NCBI GenBank assembly: GCA_034520945.1
Contig: JAXHNB010000001.1
Coordinates: 353,593 to 417,592, forward strand
Direction of reading: 5' to 3'
DNA: 64,000 nucleotides
From: Trueperaceae bacterium
GTDB lineage: Bacteria; Deinococcota; Deinococci; Deinococcales; Trueperaceae
This document shows positions 57,764 through 64,000 of the stretch, in pieces. A model generated the notes under the pieces. That model did not search any database and was not told the origin of the DNA. It saw nothing but the letters and a program-made list of their open reading frames with translations. The translations under genes and the position numbers were made by a program. The stretch's first letter is position 1. Each line of letters starts with the position of its first letter.

Positions 57764-60082
57764 GTGCGCTCGTATCTTCTCAACCCCCGCTTTTTCGCGT
57801 TGGCGCTGAGCATGACCGGCTTGGTCGCGCTGTCGCTCGTCAGCTGCGGCGGTCCGACCGACGAAGGCCCGCCCCCGCGCCCTCGGCTGACTGGCCCCAC
57901 ACCTGCCGAACTCGGCCTTGCGACCCAGGTCGACAACGCGGTCGCCGCATCGGTGGAACTCGGGAACGGTGGCACCGCCGACCTCACGTACCAGGTCGAG
58001 GGGTTGCCGGCCTGGATGAGCGGCGAGGCGTTGACGGGATCGATCGCCCCGGGTGCGGCCGCGACGCTCAGTCTCACGGCCACGTTGCGAAGGTGTTGAC
58101 GGCACGCGCAGCGCCACGCTCGTGATCATTAGCAACGATCCCGCGCGAGCACAGGTGGAGCTTCCGGTGACGCTGACGTGCGAGGCACCGCCGAATGCCG
58201 TCCCCGTCGCCGCCTTCACCGCGACGCCTCGGGAGGGCGTCGCGCCGCTGGAGGTGACGCTGGACGCAGGCGACGCGCACGACCCGGAGGGCCCGATCAG
58301 CGCGTACGAGTGGGACCTGGGGGACGGCACGACCGCCGAAGGCGAAACGCACACGCACACGTTCGAGGAGCCCGGCCCGTACGAGGTGACGCTGCTGGTG
58401 CGGGACGACGCGGGCCAGGAGGATACGGCCGGCGTCACCGTGCGGGTGGCACCGCCCGACGCGGTGCCGCCCACGGCGCGCATCGAGGCGTCGCCCGCCT
58501 CGGGCACGGAACGCGCGCCGGTGACGGTGACGTTCACGGCCGATGCGGACGATTCCGACGGCACCGTCACGGACTACGCCTGGACGATCGAGGGAGACGC
58601 TCATTCGGGCGACGAGGTCAAGCATGCGTTCGAGGACGCCGGAACGTTCGACGTCGAGCTGGTCGTCACCGACGACGACGGCGCGACCGCTCGCGTGAGC
58701 GCGTCGTACGAGGTGCTTCCCGATCTGTACGCCGTCCCGGACGCCGTGGCCTTCGACCTCGGCGCATCGCCGCGCCACGCTACGCATCGAGTCGACGGGC
58801 GACTGGACGCTGTCCAACGACGCGTCGTGGCTGGACGCGCAGCCTGCCTCGGGCGGGGCGGGCAGTACGGACGTAACCTTGGAGGTGGCTAGCGAGGACG
58901 ACCTGTCCGGCGCCGAGGCGACGGTGACGCTCACGCTGGAGGGCGACGCCGGCCTCGTGGAGATTCCCGTGACGCTTCGACTTCCCGATTTCGGCGGCGT
59001 CGTGGGCGCGCCCGTGGAGCTCGACGCGACGCTCGGAAGCGGGGCCAGCGGAGGTTTCGCCGTCGACAATGTCGGCAGGGCCCCGCTGGTGGTGAGCGCC
59101 AGCAGCGGCCAAGGCTGGATCGACGTCTCGCCGGCCAGCGCCACCGCCGCGGCGGGTGGGCAGGCGTCGTTCGACGTCACGGCGGAGTGCGGCACGACCG
59201 AGGAGACGCGCGTGGGCCAGATCGACCTGTCGTTCGACGACCCGGACGAGCCCAGCGCGACGGTCCAGGTCTCTCTGGTGTGCGAGGAAGCGGCGAGCAC
59301 GGGGGCGTACCAGATCGAGCTGATCTACTACGGCGACGAGACGCCCAGTTCCAGCCAGCGGCAGGTGTTTCGAGGAGGCCGCGACGCGGTGGACGGAGGC
59401 GATCACGGGCGATCTTCCCGACGTGACGGTGCCGGAGGGAACCTCGCTGTGCGGCAGCGACCTACCGACGTACGGAGGCACCATCGACGACCTGGTGGTG
59501 TTCGTGGGCCTGTTCGACATGGACGGGCCCGGCGGGGTCCTGGGTCGGGCCGGGCCGTGCGCGATGCGCTCCTCCAGCTTGCTTCCGTTCGCGGGTCTGG
59601 TGGAGCTCGACATCGGCGACGTGGACGCGCTGGAAGACGACGGACTGCTCGAAGACACCGCCATGCACGAACTGGGGCACGTGCTCGGCATCGGCACGCT
59701 CTGGACGTACGGAAGCCACGACCTGGTAGAACCCGACTGCCCGTCCAACGACCCGGAATCGCGCTTCATCGGGGTCGAAGCCACCGACGCGCACGAGCTG
59801 GACGGTGGAATCGGCTCGCCCTACGTCGAGTCGGACGGCGAAACGGGCACCCGTTGTGGGCACTGGGACGAGGATCACTACGGCCACGAGTTGATGACGG
59901 GCTACCTGAACCGCGGCGAGGCCCTGGCCCGATTCACCATCGGCAGCCTGGCCGACCTCGGGTACGACGTGGACTACGGCGCTGCGGACGCGTACACCGT
60001 CGGCGCGCAACTGCGGGGCGCCGACGCCGGCTTCGAACTGCGCGACGTGCTGGTCGATCCGTCGATGTTCCAGGAGCGATAG
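57764..60082 (+). CDS. Secreted/lipoprotein Zn-metalloprotease with Ig, 2x PKD, BACON-like and leishmanolysin (M8)-like domains (3 frameshifts)
   Basis: LSLVSCGG lipobox-like; YEWDLGDG and YAWTIEG PKD motifs; DGPGGVLGRAGP, HELGHVLGIG, GHWDEDHYGHELMTG; shifts near 58085, 58770 and 59370. Confidence 0.72.
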
Positions 60083-60122
60083 GAACGCGGCCGTCCGGCG
60101 CGGACGATCGTATGCTTGGTCC

Positions 60123-60611
60123 ATGAACGATCGCGCCCACCGCGGGACGACGCCGACCTCCGAGGGGCATGCCCCGGACGAATCCGGGGGCCGCTCGGAG
60201 GGCGAGGGTCAGGCATCTTGGGACGCGGAGCCCGACATGCAGGCCCTGCTGCGCGCCATCGCGGCGCGGTTGGACGAGGTGCTGGCCGTCCCGGACACGA
60301 CGAAGTCCGACGACGTCATCGAAGGGGACGACGCCCGGGCCGTGCCCGGCGCGCCACCGCACCCCGACGACGCGGCCGAAGGCTCGGAGGGGCGCTCGGG
60401 CGACGCGGCGGGCAACCGCACGCGGACGGACGATGCCGAGCAGCGCTTGCGCGCCACACGCCTGCGCATGATGCAGCGGCACGAGGCGGCGGCGCGGGAG
60501 CATGAGGCGGGGTCTGCGACACGCACGCGGGGCTTGCGTCGCGGTGTGTGGTGGATGGGGATCGGCTCGATCGTGATCGCGGCGGCGGTGGCGATCGTCT
60601 GGCTCAGGTAG
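60123..60611 (+). CDS. Hypothetical protein with C-terminal TM anchor
   Basis: TATGCT 6 nt before ATG; C-terminal hydrophobic helix. Confidence 0.6.
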   Translation: MNDRAHRGTTPTSEGHAPDESGGRSEGEGQASWDAEPDMQALLRAIAARLDEVLAVPDTTKSDDVIEGDDARAVPGAPPHPDDAAEGSEGRSGDAAGNRTRTDDAEQRLRATRLRMMQRHEAAAREHEAGSATRTRGLRRGVWWMGIGSIVIAAAVAIVWLR

Positions 60612-60897
60612 GACTCGGGAGGCGCGTCGCGGTGGGTCGTTGTTGGCCCACCTGCCAAGGGGGCCGATCGTGCCGTGTGCGGGCTCCTGCCTGGCCAAGC
60701 CCGACGTCCGCGCCGTGCACGGTGTCGAGCGTGGCCCATGAGTCCCTGACGATCGGGGGGTACCTGCGCTCGCGGCCGCATTGTGACGGTTGCGCGCTGG
60801 GTGATGCGGGCACGCGCCGTCATGACGCACATGACATACACGACCTCATCGCAGCAGCAGCCGATCGGCCGCCCTTTCCTCCAAGGGAGCCGGGACC

Positions 60898-61874
60898 ATG
60901 TTGACGCGTCGCAGGGTGCTTGTGACGGGCGGGGCGGGGTTCCTGGGCTCGCACCTGTGCGAACGCCTCTTGGAGCGCGGCGACGACGTCCTGTGCGTCG
61001 ACAACATGTACACGGGGACGCGCGACAACATCGCGCACCTGGTCGGGCACCCGAACTTCGAGTTCATTCGCCACGACGTGACGTTCCCCCTGTACGTCGA
61101 AGTGGACGAGATCTTCAACCTGGCGTGTCCCGCGAGTCCGATCCACTACCAGCGCGATCCCGTGCAGACGACCAAGACGAGCGTGCACGGCGCCATCAAC
61201 ATGCTCGGGCTGGCCAAGACGCACCAAGGCGCGGATTCTTCAGGCCTCCACCAGCGAGGTGTACGGCGATCCTCAGGTGCATCCGCAGCCCGAGTCGTAC
61301 TGGGGGCACGTGAACCCGATCGGGTCGCGCAGTTGTTACGACGAGGGCAAGCGCGCGGCCGAGACGTTGTTCTTCGATTACCACCGGCAGCACGGCGTCG
61401 ACATCAAGGTCGCCCGCATCTTCAACACCTACGGGCCCCGCATGCGTCCCGACGACGGTCGCGTGGTCAGCACGTTCATCGTGCAGGCGCTCCAGGGCGA
61501 GCCGTTGACGGTGTTCGGGACGGACGGCAGACGCGGTCGTTCTGCTACCGCGACGACCTGGTGGAGGGCCTGCTTCGGCTGATGGAGACCCGCGCGGGGT
61601 GACGGGCCCGGTGAACCTGGGGAACCCGGGCGAGTTCACGATGCTGGAGCTGGCGCAGAGGGTGATCGACCTGACCGGTTCGTCCTCGGAGGTGGTGCAC
61701 ATGCCGCTTCCTTCGGACGATCCGCTGCAGCGGCGCCCGAACATCGATCGTGCCCGTGAGCTCCTCGATTGGGCGCCAAGTATCGATCTCTCGACGGGTT
61801 TGGTTCAGACCATCGAACACTTCCGCGAGTTGCTCGATCGCCCCGTCGAGGCCGTTCCCGTCGCTGGACCATGA
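60898..61874 (+). CDS. UDP-glucuronic acid decarboxylase (UDP-xylose synthase); 3 frameshifts
   Basis: [56 protein letters not shown]; shifts near 61222, 61520 and 61595. Confidence 0.85.
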
Positions 61875-62086
61875 CGTCCCGGCTCGGAGGGAGAAGACAT
61901 GCGTCCATACACACTTGACGGCGATTCGAAGACGGGTGCTCCGCGTCATCCGCGCGGTGCGCGGGGAGCAGGCTGGTTGCACAGGCCCCGGCGATCCACG
62001 GTCCGCGTGGTGGTCCGCGCGCCAACCTTGGATTCGGGATGCGTAAGGGAATTCACAATGCCGGGCCCGCGGGCGGCGTAGCATTG

Positions 62087-62170
62087 GCACGAAGCAAAAG
62101 GTGGCTAGGAGGTTCACCCTGTATTCGGGCGCTTGGGGTGAGCGGAGCCAGTAGCGCAACCGACCCGTGC
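62087..62170 (+). ncRNA. c-di-GMP-II-like riboswitch aptamer 2
   Basis: GGUGGCUAGGAG-GUUCACCC...UCGGGCGCUU-GGGGUGAGC-GGAGCCAGUAGCGCAACCGACC; pseudoknot GCGCU/AGCGC; possible outer stem GCACG/CGUGC. Confidence 0.72.
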
Positions 62171-62234
62171 GATCGTCCTGCTCCACGGTGCGAGCGCCCC
62201 AAGTCGTCCGAAAGGACGAACCGGAGGCCGACCG

Positions 62235-62438
62235 ATGCCCGTGCTACCGATGATTCTGGTGCTCGCAATGATCATGTTCGTTTCGTTGTCGGCCTTCGTA
62301 TTGAAGGGCAAGTCGGCGGAGGGGGGCTTGCGTCGCCATGAGGACGACGAGCAAATGCAGGCCCTTCGAGATGCGCGGCGGCGTTCGAACGGCGGTCGGA
62401 CCACGTACAGCGGCACCACCCATGGGTACGAGGTCTGA
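62235..62438 (+). CDS. Small single-TM hypothetical protein
   Basis: GGAGG RBS; N-terminal hydrophobic helix, charged tail; lies just downstream of riboswitch 2. Confidence 0.6.
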   Translation: MPVLPMILVLAMIMFVSLSAFVLKGKSAEGGLRRHEDDEQMQALRDARRRSNGGRTTYSGTTHGYEV

Positions 62439-62588
62439 GGGAGACGAGCGTCCTGAGCGGCGAAATGCTCGCCCACAACCGACCACGCGAACGACCAACC
62501 GCAGAGACCGGAGCGACGTAGGCGTTGCGTTTGCGCCGCGTCCGCATCGTTTCACGGCGGCGCGCCACGTGCGGGGCGGGGGGAAGCT

Positions 62589-64000
62589 ATGTCGCAGCGG
62601 CGTCTAGGGACCTCCGTGTTCGCATATCCGACGTCGCAGGTTCGGCGGCCACGGGGCCCAGCCACCATGCGACGGTGGCGACGCTCGTGATGGGCGATGT
62701 GATGGGCATGCTCATCGCCACGCTCGGGGTGGTCGCGACGGCCGATCTCGCGTTCGGCCTCCAGCTCCAGCGTGAGACGCTCCTTTTGCTGGGCCTTGAC
62801 GTTCTGGCGGTCCCCACCCTGCTGGCCGGTGATCGGTCTCTATCCCGGCATCGGCCTCAGCGACGTCGACGAGTTCCGGTTGATTACCACCACGGTGACG
62901 GCCGTGAGCGCCGCGGTCGGTGTGTCCGTGGCGATCTTTGGTGAGCCCGTGGAGGTCGCCGCGATCGCGGCCACGTGGGCGGTGTCCTTCCTGAGCGTGC
63001 CGGGCGTGCGCTCACTCGCCCGCACCTTTGCCTCGAGAATGCCGTGGTGGGGCGTGCCCACGGTGATGCTCGGCGCCGGCAATGCCGGCTCGGCGATGCT
63101 GGAGCGCCTCCGGGAGGACGAGCACAGCAGCGCGAGGCCCGTGGCCGTGCTCGACGACGATCCCACGCTCCACGGAACGTCCATCCACGGCGTGCCGATC
63201 GTCGGTCCGCTGGATCAGGCGGAACGGTTGGCGCGCGCCGGTGTGCGGGTGGCGGTCGTGGCCATGCCGTCCCGCTCGGCGACCGAGCTGTGGGCGTCCT
63301 GCAGACGCATGCAGCGCACTTCCCCACGGTCATCGTCGTGCCCGAACTGGTGAAGGTCGGGACTGCGCACGGCATGGTGTGCAGCTTCGCCGACCTGGTC
63401 GGCGTGAAGGTCCGGCACAACCTTCTGGTGCGCAGAAACTTGGTGCTGAAGCGGTTCATGGACGTGGCCCTCGTGATTCCGGCGGCGATCGCTGCGCTGC
63501 CCATTATCGGGCTTGCGGCATTGGCGATCCGCCTGGTGGATGCGGGCAGCCCCTTCTACGCACAGGAGCGGATCGGACGCGGGGGCGTACGCTTCAAGGT
63601 GTGGAAGCTGCGGACGATGTATCTCGATGCCAGCGAGCGGCTCGAACGGCATCTCGAAGAGGACCTGCACGCTCGCGACGAGTGGCAGCGGCGCTACAAG
63701 CTGACGCGCGACCCGCGCATCCTGCCCGGCATCGGCCGGTGGCTCAGGAAGTCGAGCCTGGACGAGCTGCCGCAACTGTTCAACATCGCCAGGGGAGAGA
63801 TGAGTTTCGTCGGGCCCCGACCGTTCCCCGATTACCACGTCGAAGCGTTCGACCCGAGTTTTCGCGAGTTGCGGACCAAGGTCATGCCTGGGCTCACCGG
63901 GTTGTGGCAGGTCACCTCGCGGTCCGAGTCGGACCTCGCGCGCCAAAAGATGTTGGACTCGTACTACATTGCGAACTGGTCTCCGTGGCTGGACCTGTAC
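62589..64000 (+). CDS. Undecaprenyl-phosphate hexose-1-phosphate transferase (WbaP/WcaJ-like); frameshifted, 3' end off-window
   Basis: GLYPGIGL, LGAGNAG, LDDDP, LKRFMD, FYAQERIGRGG.RFKVWKLRTM, DPRI, LRKSSLDELPQLFNI..GEMSFVGPRP, PGLTGLWQV; start uncertain. Confidence 0.85.

Noticed and set aside
54790..63300. Programmed frameshifting or phase variation in the surface genes
   Set aside because: No consistent slippery heptamers or long simple-sequence tracts, and the shifts also hit the conserved UDP-xylose synthase; sequencing error is the simpler explanation

Overview
GC-rich bacterial chromosomal window, most likely Deinococcota (Trueperaceae-like). The evidence is a clear Nqo15 homologue and many genes with a TANNNT box 6-7 nt before the start codon. 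Bases 1-24 kb are mostly housekeeping: minDE, pcrA/uvrD, P450, nqo15, a split MnmC pair, an orphan nirS, cysK, suhB, ndh, sdaAB, HU, plsC and uvrA. Bases 24-36 kb are accessory genes: an atypical Fic protein, a GH100 invertase, an FNT channel, NnrE, ALDH, and MNT with a truncated HEPN. Bases 36-53 kb hold a LacI-controlled GH38/ABC/PHP/IolE-like sugar catabolic cluster. Bases 54-64 kb are a cell-surface/polysaccharide region with many frameshifts, probably assembly errors. Two non-coding signals stand out. (1) Four intergenic copies of a ~130-bp element made of two 20-bp palindromes (TTGATGCCCATGGGCATCAA) with centres 109-110 bp apart (REPIN/MITE-like, no transposase in the window). (2) Two c-di-GMP-II-like riboswitches with compensatory pairing changes, one ahead of a ~1040-aa lipoprotein with Cys-paired Ig-like repeats and one ahead of a small membrane protein and a WbaP-type priming glycosyltransferase. 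All calls come from reading the sequence by eye; no searches were run.
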